This document shows, in pieces, positions 63,796 through 64,000 of a stretch of 64,000 bases of DNA. Origin of the DNA: Octopus sinensis (lineage: Eukaryota). The stretch is taken from positions 22,692,001 to 22,756,000 of the forward strand of contig NC_043017.1 of assembly GCF_006345805.1 (NCBI RefSeq), read 5' to 3'. The notes beneath the pieces were generated by a model that was not told where the DNA came from, searched no databases, and was given only the letters and a program-made list of their open reading frames with translations. Every line of letters starts with the position of its first letter. Positions within the stretch are counted from its first letter, which is position 1. The position numbers were made by a program, and so were the translations under genes.

Positions 63796-64000
63796 GTAGG
63801 GGTGGAGTGAGAGCATTTTAAGCTTGAAACATCCAATGAACACCAGCAGAGTTGATGTAGATAAAAGTGTATAAAAGATATCGTGTAGAGGAATACAAAA
63901 TAAATCATAAAATATTTAATAAAACATGGTTGGTTAATTGAAATCAATCAAATTTAATTGCGTGTGTCTCCCGTACCTGCTACTCTATTTGTTAGCATTA

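Overview
AT-rich eukaryotic genomic DNA saturated with microsatellites and short interspersed repeats. The repeat families look like those of an octopod cephalopod (Octopus-type); this is pattern recognition and was not checked by database search. Almost every ORF in the supplied track is a translation of (TA)n, (CA)n, (CAT)n or SINE sequence and is not a gene. I found no intact gene, rRNA, tRNA or CRISPR array, and no prokaryote-like segment. Supported content: (1) at least five SINE-like families, labelled A-E here (A, B, D and E have tRNA-derived heads; C has a (GAT)n tail); (2) TTAA-flanked piggyBac-like MITEs and hAT MITEs; (3) a decayed hAT transposase C-terminus (31.3-31.7 kb) and a decayed RTE LINE ORF end (37.3-37.7 kb); (4) two Penelope-like fragments carrying a minimal hammerhead-ribozyme fold; (5) several local duplications and minisatellites, and one 260-bp near-perfect hairpin. 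A few short exon candidates suggest the window may be mostly intron of one or more genes, but I could not recognise any product, so they are low confidence. The most interesting observations are the dimer-type hammerhead variants sharing an A6U core change, a SINE family (B) whose target duplications tend to contain GGTAT and which forms head-less concatemers at that motif, and a SINE flanked by a 148-bp direct repeat. None is demonstrated novel; each needs the checks listed. SINE boundaries are approximate unless a target-site duplication (TSD) is given.
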